A DNA stretch of 63,861 nt, counting the filler, from Octopus bimaculoides (taxonomy: Eukaryota), in the NCBI RefSeq assembly GCF_001194135.2. It is 7 parts of 6 records of this genome, joined end to end, with 100 filler letters (N's around TTAATTAATTAA, not from the genome) between each part and the next. Parts side by side here need not be neighbours in the genome. Positions count along the whole stretch, not along the records: positions 15,099 to 29,280 come from NC_069001.1; positions 29,381 to 32,578 come from NC_068997.1; positions 32,679 to 34,560 come from NC_068982.1; positions 34,661 to 45,247 come from NC_069004.1; 3 more parts are not named here. One strand, given 5' to 3'. The translations under genes and the position numbers were made by a program. The notes beneath the pieces were generated by a model. It saw only the letters and a program-made list of their open reading frames with translations, searched no databases and was not told where the DNA came from. Below are positions 27,527 to 39,049 of the stretch, in pieces (the first letter of the stretch is position 1; each line of letters begins with the position of its first letter).

Positions 27527-28029
27527 GAAACAATAAATTTTCCACCTAAATGCATGCATTCTCCCCATCGTCTCTCATGGTTTCGTGATTACCTCGTTAT
27601 CGACATGATTTGATATTGGATATTCTGTCGAGATTCCGCATGAAGATTGCTGCATTGTTTCAGGGATTGGCGAATGTTACGATATAACATCGGCTCGCAT
27701 TTAATTGCTTCATCAAATTCGCTTTTCAACTCAATTATTATTAATGATGATCACCAGAAACAACTCATTTATATTTCTCTGTTATGTTTGTCTATGGCGC
27801 AAATTTTCTAACCCTTGTCTTTTCCTGCATTGATAAGTTTTTCTATTATTAATGACGTAGCACGCTAATTATTTACTTAAGTGATAAGAAGATGAAAACT
27901 GAAAAAAAAATATTGTGGCTACGATTAATAGATATACATTGCTTCATTTTGAAATTGAGCTGAGATTCATAAGTGAATGAATGATGTTTGTACATTCTTA
28001 TTCATTCTATCTCAGTGTACAACTACAGG

Positions 28030-28348
28030 AACTCCATAGGTTGCGATGAAGCGCGATTCAGTTAGTCCGATCAACGGAACAGCCTTCTCGTGAATTTACG
28101 TGTAGGTGGCTGAGCACTCCGTAGACACGCGTACTGATAGCATAGTTCGCTGAGAGATTGAACGTGACATAAACATATTACAAGGTTGGCTTTGTGAGAT
28201 ACAGGTACAGCTCATTTTTGCCAGATGAATGGGCTGTTGTAACGAGAAATAAAGCATATTGCTTGATGGCATTTAGCGCCGCCGGGAATCGAACTCATAA
28301 CCTTACGATTGTGAGCCGAATACCCTAACCAGTAAGCCACGAGTCTTC
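28030..28348 (-). mobile_element. SINE family A, near full length
   Basis: tccgatcaacggaacagcc...tgagcactccgtagacacg tail and gggaatcgaactcataaccttacgattgtgagccgaataccctaacc head. Confidence 0.85.
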
Positions 28349-29027
28349 CCTCATGCCAGTGTATATCATGTGCAATTCAATTACACTGTCTCTTCTACTA
28401 AGGCTACTATTATTTGGATGAATTGCCAATCCTTCAACTACTTCTTGCGTCAGATTTCTTTAATACATTGTCGTTCGACCTCTGTTCCTTTCAAGATAAA
28501 TTATTCATTGCATTTTCACACCTGCTACCCATTGTGCAATCGCACTCAACCGTGGAACGGTATCCAGTGACCTCAACTGATATCACTCCAAACAATAGCC
28601 CAATATGTTTACACATATGAAGTACTATTTGATTTAGTCGTTTGAGTTAAAATCTCAAAAGGAAATACCTTTTGTAGGAGGTTTTAATACTGCGCTAAGT
28701 ATCGAAATTATTTAGAAGACCTCTTCTTTCCACCACCATAATTCCTTCTATCAGTATCAGTCATTCATTATGAGATGGTTTAGCGCGAACAAAATTGTCC
28801 AATTCTATTTTTAACGCTTGAAACAGATTGAGTTTTGTGTGTATATCTGGCCATTCCTTGTATCACATAGCAAAGAATTTATTTGTTACGTTATCCATCT
28901 TTAGTATTATTGCATATCACTATAAAAATGTATTAACTCTAAAGTGAAATATGAATTATTATGTAATTTAGAATCCTGCAGTGTTTTGCTTATGATCTCC
29001 ATAAATTTTCTCCATTTCCCTTCTATT

Positions 29028-29264
29028 CCTAGCCAGGCTCATTGGCCCGGTTTCTCGGTTTCGATGGCGTATGTGTTCATCAGCTGGACGGGACGCCAGT
29101 CCATCACAGCGTTACTCCTATTTCCCAGCTGAGTGGACTGGGGCAATGTGAAATGAAGTGTTTTGCTCAAGAACACAACGCGTCGCCCGGTCCAGGAATC
29201 GAAACCACACACAATCTTAGGATCATGATGCTGACACCCTAACCACTAAGCCACGTGCCTCCAC
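29028..29264 (-). mobile_element. SINE family D (same head and CORE-like domain, V-domain-like tail)
   Basis: Homologous to the + copy at 61403-61616. Contains the reverse complement of ctgtgatggactggcgtcccgtccag at 29084-29109. Confidence 0.85.
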
Positions 29265-29380
29265 ACACACATATATATATNNNNNNNNNNNNNNNNNNNN
29301 NNNNNNNNNNNNNNNNNNNNNNNNTTAATTAATTAANNNNNNNNNNNNNNNNNNNNNNNNNNNNNNNNNNNNNNNNNNNN

Positions 29381-29406
29381 CATAGGAATCTGACTTGTTG
29401 ATTTGT
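29381..29406 (-). CDS. Start of a coding exon (phase 1) of an unidentified acidic Ser/Thr-rich protein; runs into the gap
   Basis: Strong acceptor aactttctcatttctctttcag. Joined to the preceding exon it reads D-KSTSQIPM in frame. Confidence 0.6.
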
Positions 29407-29944
29407 CTGAAAGAGAAATGAGAAAGTTAAAATTTGGTAATATGCCTTGTAAAACTGTTAGGTTGTTTTCCATTTATGCTCTGCTAAATTTGTGTTCACT
29501 AACACCTGGCACAGCCAGTATATATAATTATTGAAATCATTGAAAACAAGATTTCTGTACAACGCAGTATTCTGTTGCACTGCTTCGGATTGCAGCATCC
29601 ATTGGATAGTGTTTGTTAAGAGGTAAAGATGGAATAGTCATCCAGCGAAATCCAGCCTCAGGAGGACATCCTGGTTCAAGCAAACACAGACCCAACCAGT
29701 TCCAACCGTGTTAATTAAGGGATCAAGTAGTAGTTAGCAGCGACTCTGGATTCATAATTTCTATCTCCTTTTACCTCCACCAGCCTAGTGTCTTACAAAC
29801 GTCATTGGTGCAGCCTCCTCTGACTAAACCACAGTAAAGTTTTAAAACACACATATGTACAAAAGGTAAAATGTATAATCATATTATATATACATATATA
29901 TATACACACACACACACATACATATGTATACACACACATACATA

Positions 29945-30066
29945 CAGGGTGATTCAAAAGTCACCATAAGAACAATTTATTTTTTTACAAGAAATAGTTT
30001 TTTATTTAACTATTTCTAATAAAAAAATAAATGTTTCCTATGTATAGTGACATTTGAATCACCCTG
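29945..30066. mobile_element. Tc1/mariner-type MITE, 122 bp
   Basis: TIRs cagggtgattcaaaagtcac / gtgacatttgaatcaccctg match 19/20, with TA on both sides. Confidence 0.9.
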
Positions 30067-31055
30067 TATAGATACAGACATATATATACACACGCGTATA
30101 TATACATAAGTATATATATAAATATATACACACATATATATATAAGTACATATATGTATATATACATATACATATATATATACACACATATATAAGTACA
30201 TATACGTATATACACATATAGATATATATACACACATGCACATATATATACATATACACACATGCACACACTTATAGACATACACACCACACATATATAC
30301 CTGTACAAAACATTATATAACAGTATCTTAAATAGATTACAGTTCAGAAATGTAAGAGACAAGTGTGCATGTATGTGTGTATATAGATATATCTATATAT
30401 ATCTCCAAACACAAATATATAACACATTCTGAATACAGGATTCAAAATTTTGAATTCAACTAATAGTTCTATTCCTTGAAAAAAGACCTGTCCAACCATT
30501 ACCTTGAATCAACAATTATTCATCCATTATTTTATTAATTATGCTAAAATTAACTTTCATTGTTCGTAGAACTACTTCTGCAGGTGTCATGAATTATTAG
30601 AAATTATTTTATGCTATTTTGTACACATTTTGTTCTTGAAGCATTAACAGATTAATTCTCCAACTTACATGACCAAGCTCACAACCATATTTTGAGTTTT
30701 GTTATCAGAGTGGAATGGCATGAATGAGCTAACATTCCAATTCTTCTTCTTTACACATCTGGAGTATTTTGTTTACATCAGATGACAATTATTGGCAATA
30801 CTAATATTACAGAGATAAGGATCAGATAACTAGCTAAATTCTGGTTTTAATTCTGCTTCTATTTCATATTATTGCACTATAAAAAAGCATGAGTCTCACA
30901 CAATCTTATTCCACCTCATCTCTAAATGAAGTCACCTTTTGCTTATGTTAAAGCAACAAAGCAATATTCAAAACATGGCACGCTTCCCCATGAAAAACGC
31001 TGAATTTGATGAAACAAGTAGATATCCAAAATTATACATCTAAATCTAATTTTAA

Positions 31056-31271
31056 CTCTTTAGCATTTTAATTGACCAGATCTGGTCCAAATATTCTACC
31101 TGTTTTATATTCAAACTGGCCAGATCCAGCATCTCAAACATACCCAACAATATCACTCTAAAAATAGTCACAACATCAAAAACTCAATGTTATGAGATAA
31201 TGAACGATTAATTCAAAACAATGTGAATACATAAACATTACATTTGACAGAGTAATATAATTGCTAAAGGG
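31056..31271. mobile_element. piggyBac-type MITE, 216 bp
   Basis: TTAA at 31052-31055 and 31272-31275. Termini ctctttagca / tgctaaaggg match 9/10. Confidence 0.82.
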
Positions 31272-32049
31272 TTAAACTAAACATGAAGCAAAAATAAAAT
31301 ACACTTGATACTGCAACACATGATATAAAAAAGAAAACTACTGATGAATTAAGGCTACACACATACTCTAGCAGAGGAGAATTGACTATCCTTATCAAAA
31401 AGGAAAGGGCAAATAATATTTTTGCTTTTACGCAATATGAACAAGAAAAGTACAAACCACTTAACTTTAAGCCACGCACGCACACACACATTATAGCAGA
31501 GAAGCAAGAATTGAGAATCCTTATCAAAAAGGAAAGGTTAAACAATGTTCTTGCTTTTACAATGCTTCAAAATTTCATTATCAATTCTAGAATACTGGAA
31601 TTGCTGGTTAATTCTTCAAGCTACATAAAGGAATTTCAGTCAATGAAATAAATGCTCATCAGTGTGGTACTTATTCCACAGTTAAGTAAACTGGATCATT
31701 GAAAGAGAAATATCATAAATACATAATACTGTAAAAAACAACAATCAGTGGTGTAATGACAGCAAATATACTTCAAATAACACCATATAGCAGATTAGTA
31801 GTCGACTATCATATATTGAACCAATATAGTTAATTCTAAACTAGAAGTTTATACGACCTCTATAAATAACAAACCTTCATTCACAATATATATATATATT
31901 ATTGGCAAAAATCAGTTTGTATGAATATATTTGGTGGTGTCGTGTTACTTTCACTGAAAAGTGGAGAATGGCTCAACAGTTTGAATAAGGTCAACCAAAG
32001 TATACAAAATGATAATTTTTAGGAAATTTAATGCATATGAATGACATAC

Positions 32050-32083
32050 CTGTGGTATCCATTAATGTTTCATCAGGTCCTTC
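32050..32083 (-). CDS. 34-nt internal coding exon, EGPDETLMDTT (phase 0 to 1)
   Basis: Acceptor ttttctttgctttttag and donor gtatgt. In frame with both neighbouring exons. Confidence 0.7.
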
Positions 32084-32410
32084 CTAAAAAAGCAAAGAAA
32101 ACACCTGACATGACTAAACAGCAACAAATGATGAAACAAAATACATACAGTCGTATTCCATTGCTTATCTTTATATCTGATGGAATTGTGTAAATGTATG
32201 AAGATATTTGGATCTCAAATGGCTTTCTGTTTCAAAAGTTAGTGAAATTTATAACTGGTTAACTCTGTTAAATGTAAGTAACCACCAGACCCAACCAAAA
32301 ATTATTTTCATACATATTATTAAATTAAAAATGTCAAATCCAAAACTAATTATCAAGTAGTGTAATTTAGTTAGTAGAACAATATAATAGCTGTAGTAAA
32401 TGTTCGTTAC

Positions 32411-32578
32411 CTGCAGAACAGTACAAGTGTCTTTGTCCGTATCTAAAGAGATAGGTAGTTCTTCTTCAAACTGGTCTTTATCAAAGGTATTCTCTGTCAA
32501 CATATCTGATGGTTTGGTATCACTCGAAAGCAGTCGATCCTCTGTAAGGTCTCCCACAGAAGTTTTGTCAGGGATCAA
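32411..32578 (-). CDS. 3' part of a coding exon of the same acidic Ser/Thr-rich protein; 5' part lies in the gap
   Basis: 56 stop-free codons, LIPDKTSVGDLTEDRLLSSDTKPSDMLTENTFDKDQFEEELPISLDTDKDTCTVLQ, ending at the donor cag|gtaacg. Confidence 0.72.
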
Positions 32579-32955
32579 NNNNNNNNNNNNNNNNNNNNNN
32601 NNNNNNNNNNNNNNNNNNNNNNTTAATTAATTAANNNNNNNNNNNNNNNNNNNNNNNNNNNNNNNNNNNNNNNNNNNNGAAATGTAAAGAGAAAATAAGA
32701 AGAAAAATAAGCGAAAATGTACATTGGAAATCAAAAAAAGTAATGGCTTTTTATGAAAAGTAACGATAGATATATATACAATTAGATGAACTGAGGTAGG
32801 AATAAAGGTAATAAAAGTCATTATTGTGAGTTGTTAAAGAGATTCAAAAGCATACCGGTTTCGTAAAGTAACTAATCATTGCTTTGAATGCACGCCGATT
32901 ACTGAACGGTGTCAAGTCTATTAGTCCCTGAGTAAAAAGATTATATGTATATATA

Positions 32956-33175
32956 AAATCTGTTGGACGTCTCAAAAGACATTTTAAGATCCACAAAGAT
33001 CAGAAATTATATGCAGCTCTTGGTGGTCCAAATCGGATGTGCAATCTATGTGGGTGTTTTTTCAGAACATTGTCTGGTTTAAAAAGTCACATCAGATCCC
33101 ATGATGGTACTAAGGTGTAAGTAAGTACGGGAGGTGCTCAAACTCTGCATAAGGAGTAGACAACCACCAACCACC

Positions 33176-33176
<1 letters not shown>
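32956..33176 (+). mobile_element. 3' end of a probable RTE-like LINE with C2H2 fingers (copy 1)
   Basis: Aligns with 36854-37154 and 43688-43863. Ends ggagtagacaaccaccaaccacca followed by (TA)n. Confidence 0.78.
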
Positions 33177-33229
<53 letters not shown>

Positions 33230-33254
33230 GAAAGAAAAATTACTATAACCACAC

Positions 33255-33690
33255 TGGAGCAAGATCCTCCCACCAAGTGTTTTACATCTTCCTGAGAGAT
33301 CGCTGCAGTAGTGATTTTACACTGCTATAGTAGGCAAGTGCTACATTGTGATGCACAGCTGAAAGTCCTCTGTGCAACAATACACTGTGAGCATGGCGCT
33401 TTACGGCCAATAGTTGTTGAACTTCAATATCATTTTCATCAAACCAGTCTCTGTGTCTGGCAGAAGCATATCCCAGCGTTTCAGTAGCACATTGTAGAGC
33501 CTGGTCCCGAAAATCTTCCCATGCTGTAGTATTTTCAATGCTGGACAAGCGAGTCTGAAGCTCTTTCCACAACACAGCATCATATATCTTGTGGTCATTC
33601 AGACGCTGAGGAATGCCGACTGGCCCTCTTCTCTCTTTCACTCTAATCATCATACGGAACTTCACTCGCCTTAAACTGTGGTCTGTCCAG
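33255..33690 (-). mobile_element. RTE-clade (BovB-like) ORF2 fragment, region between endonuclease and RT
   Basis: ...LGYASARHRDWFDENDIEVQQLL...VKSLLQRSLRKM*NTWWEDLA; the DWFDEND motif is typical of RTE elements. Confidence 0.88.
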
Positions 33691-33727
33691 TATGTATGTA
33701 TAAAGTAGAATTATAAGCCTCCACCGT

Positions 33728-33900
33728 GTATTCACTATAGAAAATTGTCTAATATTAGGGCATATAAATCCCGTAACGGAAAGAAAACGGACACTAGTAC
33801 TAATACCCCTTTTCTATTTTTTTTTTTTTTTTTTTTTTGTGGTAGGGGCTTCAGGGGTTTATATGCCCCTAATATTAATACTATTTTCTATAGTCAATAC
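33728..33900. mobile_element. MITE-like element with about 45-bp imperfect TIRs
   Basis: gtattcactatagaaaattgtctaatattagggcatataaatccc versus the reverse complement of ggggtttatatgcccctaatattaatactattttctatagtcaatac. No TSD resolved. Confidence 0.7.
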
Positions 33901-35435
33901 AAGAAGATGAAGGCTTTACAAAATTCTATTATTGATATATTTATTTATTGACGAACAAGTAACTGACTTATTAGTAACCTCAACTAGTGACGCTATTTAC
34001 CGCCAATTGCAATTTAAAATAATATATAATAAATGAAATCATAAGACATATTAAGTAGTGAAAGCATTTAATTACTTTGTAAATATTAGAATTTTTAAGC
34101 GTATGTATATGTATGTATTATGATAGAAAAGTGGCAGAGTTATCTCCCTGTAATTGCAAATACGCTATTTGTATTTAATTATAATTTCCTGTATTACATG
34201 GTGTCTTTTTGCACCTATACAACAGCTTACTACATAATTTAATTTAGATGCTATGCTTGATACTGTTATCTGTGTTTACCACTTAAATTAAGACCAAAAG
34301 AAAATTTAATTGAGTTAGATATATGAATCTTTTAACAAAATTTAGTTATCTCCCTTCCATCGCTAAATATGTATGCCGTAGAAATTTATAAGAATGCATT
34401 CTGTCGAAAGGTAATAAGGATATACTATATCCCCTTTATCTCTTACTCCCATCTTTATTTCTCTATTTCCTCCTCCCTCTCTCACTCTCTCTCACTTTCT
34501 CTTTCTGTATGTATGTGTGCATGTATGTATGTGTGTATGCATCTATATATATATATATATNNNNNNNNNNNNNNNNNNNNNNNNNNNNNNNNNNNNNNNN
34601 NNNNTTAATTAATTAANNNNNNNNNNNNNNNNNNNNNNNNNNNNNNNNNNNNNNNNNNNNTATATATATATATATATATATATTCATGCATGGAGTTGTC
34701 CTCTTCAAATAATTGGCTTCATGCCTAGTTAAAAGAAATCGATGTTAGTTTTGATTATGTCGTTTTGTTTACCCTTCTAACAATCTCGCCTGCAATAATT
34801 CTCAACGTCTCTCCTTAATTGTTACCATGTAACATGTTTAATCAAGAAACCAAAAGTGAAAAGAATCTGAGGTGAACTTAACTATTGCCAAGACTGGTGC
34901 CAAAGATAGCGCACAAAGCCAAAATTCTCTCATCATACCTCACTATATATACATATACATACATACGTATTTATTCATATACATACATGTGTGTGTGTAT
35001 GCACACACACACACATTACAATATCGACCAGAATATCGGATGTTGCTATACGCCGTTTCTTTCTTTACTCCCTCATCTCCACCGGTCACGTTTGAAACTA
35101 GAAACGGTCACGGGCATTGACCTTCCTTCTCTGACAACGGCATATATATATATATATATATATATACGCTTCACATTCATTCAAATTTCGAATGATGCCA
35201 CCAGGCTGGCTGGGCGGCTAGGCCAACATACATTCCATGCAAGCACCCACCCTCTCCTGAAAGGAACAAAAGCCCGTGGAAGAGTTATGCATTCACAGCT
35301 AAGTGAATCTGAGACCAATGTGAAATGAAGTGCTTTGATCTACAACACACCACTAGGTTACACGCCTCTTCCTGACACCCAACCTCCCACACACATACAC
35401 GCTCGCGTGCGCACACACACATACGCACGAGCAAT

Positions 35436-35496
35436 GAGACTGAAACAAACACCATGTGGTTGGGAAGCAAGGTACTTACCACAGAACCACACCTGC
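35436..35496 (-). mobile_element. SINE family C head fragment
   Basis: accatgtggttgggaagcaaggtacttaccacagaaccacacctgc. Confidence 0.7.
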
Positions 35497-35557
35497 ATCT
35501 TTAGATAAATCCTTGAGTTCCATTATATTCACAAAAAAAAAACAATATGTGTATATG

Positions 35558-35586
<29 letters not shown>

Positions 35587-35588
<2 letters not shown>

Positions 35589-35714
35589 GAAGAGGCCTAG
35601 AGAATCATACATGTAGCTCTACTTCATCCATTTCATCTATCAATTACTTCAGCCTACTGTAGTTATAAAGATAGAATGAGGCATGTCACCACTAGACTGA
35701 AACAGCTGTAAGTC
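35587..35714 (+). ncRNA. Candidate minimal type I hammerhead ribozyme (Penelope-like or retrozyme-type)
   Basis: CTGAAGA at 35587; stem II GGCCTAG/CTAGACT; GAAAC at 35699; palindromic ACAGCTGT; GTC at 35712-35714. Stem I is only 2 bp. Confidence 0.55.
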
Positions 35715-36853
35715 ATTGTCCCATCTTCGGTCACTAGATGTCCTTTTTAATTACTGATATGACATGATATGTCACATGCGTTTGTATATTGTTATTATTG
35801 TCCTCTTAATTAAAAAATAAACAGGTAAATTGACATAATACAATGTCTGCAAGTTGATGAATACCACATATTCCCCTCCATTTTCTTATTGCTATATATA
35901 TATATANNNNNNNNNNNNNNNNNNNNNNNNNNNNNNNNNNNNNNNNNNNNNNNNNNNNNNNNNNNNNNNNNNNNNNNNNNNNNNNNNNNNNNNNNNNNNN
36001 NNNNNNNNNNNNNNNNNNNNNNNNNNNNNNNNNNNNNNNNNNNNNNNNNNNNNNNNNNNNNNNNNNNNNNNNNNNNNNNNNNNNNNNNNNNNNNNNNNNN
36101 NNNNNTATATATTTGAGGAGGAAATATTCAGAAGTAAATAAATTATATACATATTATTATTGTTATTATTATCCACGGTAATAGGAATAGCTTATAATAA
36201 CAACAATAATAATATAAGTGGTTGCAGACCTGAAATAGCATTAGATAGAATTAAAATGTGTATGAATCATAAGGGCACATAAAGGCGCCTACCTGCTAGG
36301 AAGAGGAGTTAAAACCCCCATATAAACCACCAATAATAACACAGAAAAATATGACAGAAAAACAATAGTAGTCGGACGAACGGACCAAAAAAATCGTTCA
36401 CATACCTATATAGCCCAATGCTATATATTTCTTGGTATCTGGATATACGTGGACCATGGTTTCTGATCTGGCAAACAGCCTCACCTTCCTCAGCACGTAT
36501 TACCGGTTGAAAAAAACCTATTCAACCCGTCATGTTGAAGTCTGACGGCGTCCTGAATTGTTTTGTCTTTTCTCCTGGTGCTGTATAAATATTTGAGGTG
36601 GTTTTAGAGTCAAGTTTTGACTGCTATCTCTAGCATGGTGGTATCTTTTTGATACCCTTAATTATAATTTTAATCATAATTATTACCTATAAGGGTTTTA
36701 TTCCCATGCTGGCCACTTGATATGATCGGTATTTAAAATAGCGATCTTATCCTTATTTACTTAAATTTACATGAGTATATATATGGATATATATATGTAT
36801 GCATGTATGTATGTATGCCTGTATATATATATATACATGCATACATGTATATA

Positions 36854-37154
36854 CCTGCGAACCCATGGAAAACAAACCTCATCCAGCTATTCTGATTATA
36901 TGTCTGTGCACACGTTTGAATGTGGTGTGTGCCAGAGGGTTTGCAAATCCAATGGGGGTCTTAAAAGACATGTTAAGATCCACAATGAGCAGAACTTACT
37001 TGCAGGTATTGGTAGTGCAAATCAGAGGTGCAATCTGTGTGGGTGTTTTTTCAAAACACTGTCTGGTTTAAAAAGCCACATCAGACGCCATGAAAGGGCT
37101 AAGGTGTAGGTGCAGGAGGTGGTCAAACTCTGTTTAAGGAGTAGACAACCACCA
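36854..37154 (+). mobile_element. 3' end of a probable RTE-like LINE with open tandem C2H2 fingers (copy 2)
   Basis: LRTH..FECGVCQRVCKSNGGLKRHVKIH..CNLCGCFFKTLSGLKSHIRRHERAKV*, a short 3' UTR, and TA-rich microsatellite on both sides. Confidence 0.82.
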
Positions 37155-37530
37155 TATATATATATATATATATATATATGAATGTGTGTGCGTGTTTGTC
37201 TCTGTGTGTGTACATATATCGACTATTAAGCTGTCAACACGCGACTTCAACGAGCAGAATTACTCTCACCTCTACCATCGATCGTATGGCTGCCGCAAAG
37301 CTTAGAATGTGCCAACTTAATGGCCACGGTATTGGAAATATAAACGGTCGTAGTGCGATAGCAGTGATTGTAATTACGTGTTGGCAATGATCTTAATACG
37401 GTGTCGAAGTCAAATCGTTCTTGAGTACAGATTAAGGTCATAATTATTTAGAAACAGGAAAACACGAGCAAGAAGATGTGTTCTTGAACGCGTGTGCAAT
37501 ATTTTCTGATGCTATGATATCTCTTTGATC

Positions 37531-37775
37531 TTTTATTTTTGACTTGTTTCAACCATTAGGCTGTGGTCATGCTGGAGCAGCGCCTTGAAGAATTTTTAGT
37601 CGAATGAATCGACGCCGTCGTTATTTGTTAGTTTTCTTTTTAAGCCTGGTATTTAGTCTGTCGGTTTCCTTCTTGACGAACCGCTAAGTTACGGACACGT
37701 AAACTCACCAACACCGGATGTTAAGCGGTGGTGGTGGGACAATCATATACACAATGACACACACACACACACATG
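37531..37775 (-). mobile_element. SINE family C, 3' half
   Basis: acttgtttcaaccattaggctgtggtcatgctggagcagcgcc...gaaccgctaagttacggacacgtaaac. Confidence 0.75.
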
Positions 37776-37843
37776 CATACGCAATGATACACTCACACAC
37801 ATATATTATATAAATATCGTATATAGAGTTTTGGGAAAAGAGC

Positions 37844-38092
37844 CAAGGTTCATGAACTCATCGATGAAAATCCACTGTCACATATAGAAAAATTAATAAT
37901 TAAAAGCACAATAAATGAGTATAATATAATACAAAGTAAATATCATAAGATAAAGATAATTATTATATCATATATTTATTATAATTTATCATAAGATAAA
38001 TATTATTTTTATCTTATGATATTTATTGTACTTTTAATTCTAAACTTTTTCTATATGTGACTGGATTTTCATCGATGAGTTCATGAACCTTG
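37844..38092. repeat. AT-rich fold-back palindrome of about 250 bp (MITE-like), right end cut by a gap
   Basis: caaggttcatgaactcatcgatgaaaatcca...cacatatagaaaaa is mirrored at 38046-38092, with further internal symmetry. Confidence 0.88.
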
Positions 38093-38586
38093 NNNNNNNN
38101 NNNNNNNNNNNNNNNNNNNNNNNNNNNNNNNNNNNNNNNNNNNNNNNNNNNNNNNNNNNNNNNNNNNNNNNNNNNNNNNNNNNNNNNNNNNNNNNNNNNN
38201 NNNNNNNNNNNNNNNNNNNNNNNNNNNNNNNNNNNNNNNNNNNNNNNNNNNNNNNNNNNNNNNNNNNNNNNNNNNNNNNNNNNNNNNNNNNNNNNNNNNN
38301 NNNNNNNNNNNNNNNNNNNNNNNNNNNNNNNNNNNNNNNNNNNNNNNNNNNNNNNNNNNNNNNNNNNNNNNNNNNNNNNNNNNNNNNNNNNNNNNNNNNN
38401 NNNNNNNNNNNNNNNNNNNNNNNNNNNNNNNNNNNNNNNNNNNNNNNNNNNNNNNNNNNNNNNNNNNNNNNNNNNNNNNNNNNNNNNNNNNNNNNNNNNN
38501 NNNNNNNNNNNNNNNNNNNNNNNNNNNNNNNNNNNNNNNNNNNNNNNNNNNNNNNNNNNNNNNNNNNNNNNNNNNNNNNNNNNNNN

Positions 38587-38707
38587 ATTCTTTGTAAGTC
38601 TAGTACTTATTCTATCGGTTTCTTTTGCCGAACCACTAAGTTACGGGGACGTAAACACACCAACATCGGTTGTCAAGCGATGGGGGGAGACAAACATAGA
38701 CACACAA

Positions 38708-38738
<31 letters not shown>

Positions 38739-38860
38739 CCTATATATATATATATATATATATACGACGGGCTTCTTTCAGTTTCCGTCTACCAAATCCA
38801 CTCACAAGGTTTTGGTCGGCCTGAGGCTATAGTAGAAGACACTTGCCCAAGATACCACGC
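38587..38860 (-). mobile_element. SINE family C with internal CA/TA tract; head truncated by an adjoining family E copy
   Basis: acgacgggcttctttcagtttccgtctaccaaatccactcacaagg. Confidence 0.88.
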
Positions 38861-38865
38861 TGTAT

Positions 38866-39049
38866 CTTGGGGAGGGGGCCTGTCGATTAGATCGACCTCA
38901 GTACGCAACTAGTACTTAATTTATCGACCCCGAAAAGGATGAAAGGCAAAGTCGACCTCGGCGGAATTTGAACTCAGAACGTAGCGGCAGACGAAATACC
39001 GCTAAGCATTTCGCCCGACGTACTAACGATTCTGCCAGCTCCCCGCCTT
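38866..39049 (-). mobile_element. SINE family E, near full length (tail type 1)
   Basis: Head (reverse complement of ggcggaatttgaactcagaacg...ttctgccagctccccgcc) plus the conserved core. Confidence 0.9.

Noticed and set aside
31377-31565. Two diverged direct repeats of about 60 bp (similar case at 40282-40490)
   Set aside because: Only two degenerate units; ordinary local duplication.
36771-37109. Host C2H2 zinc-finger gene
   Set aside because: The ATG lies in a microsatellite, there are no TGEKP linkers, and the same sequence and 3' tail recur twice more as a dispersed repeat.
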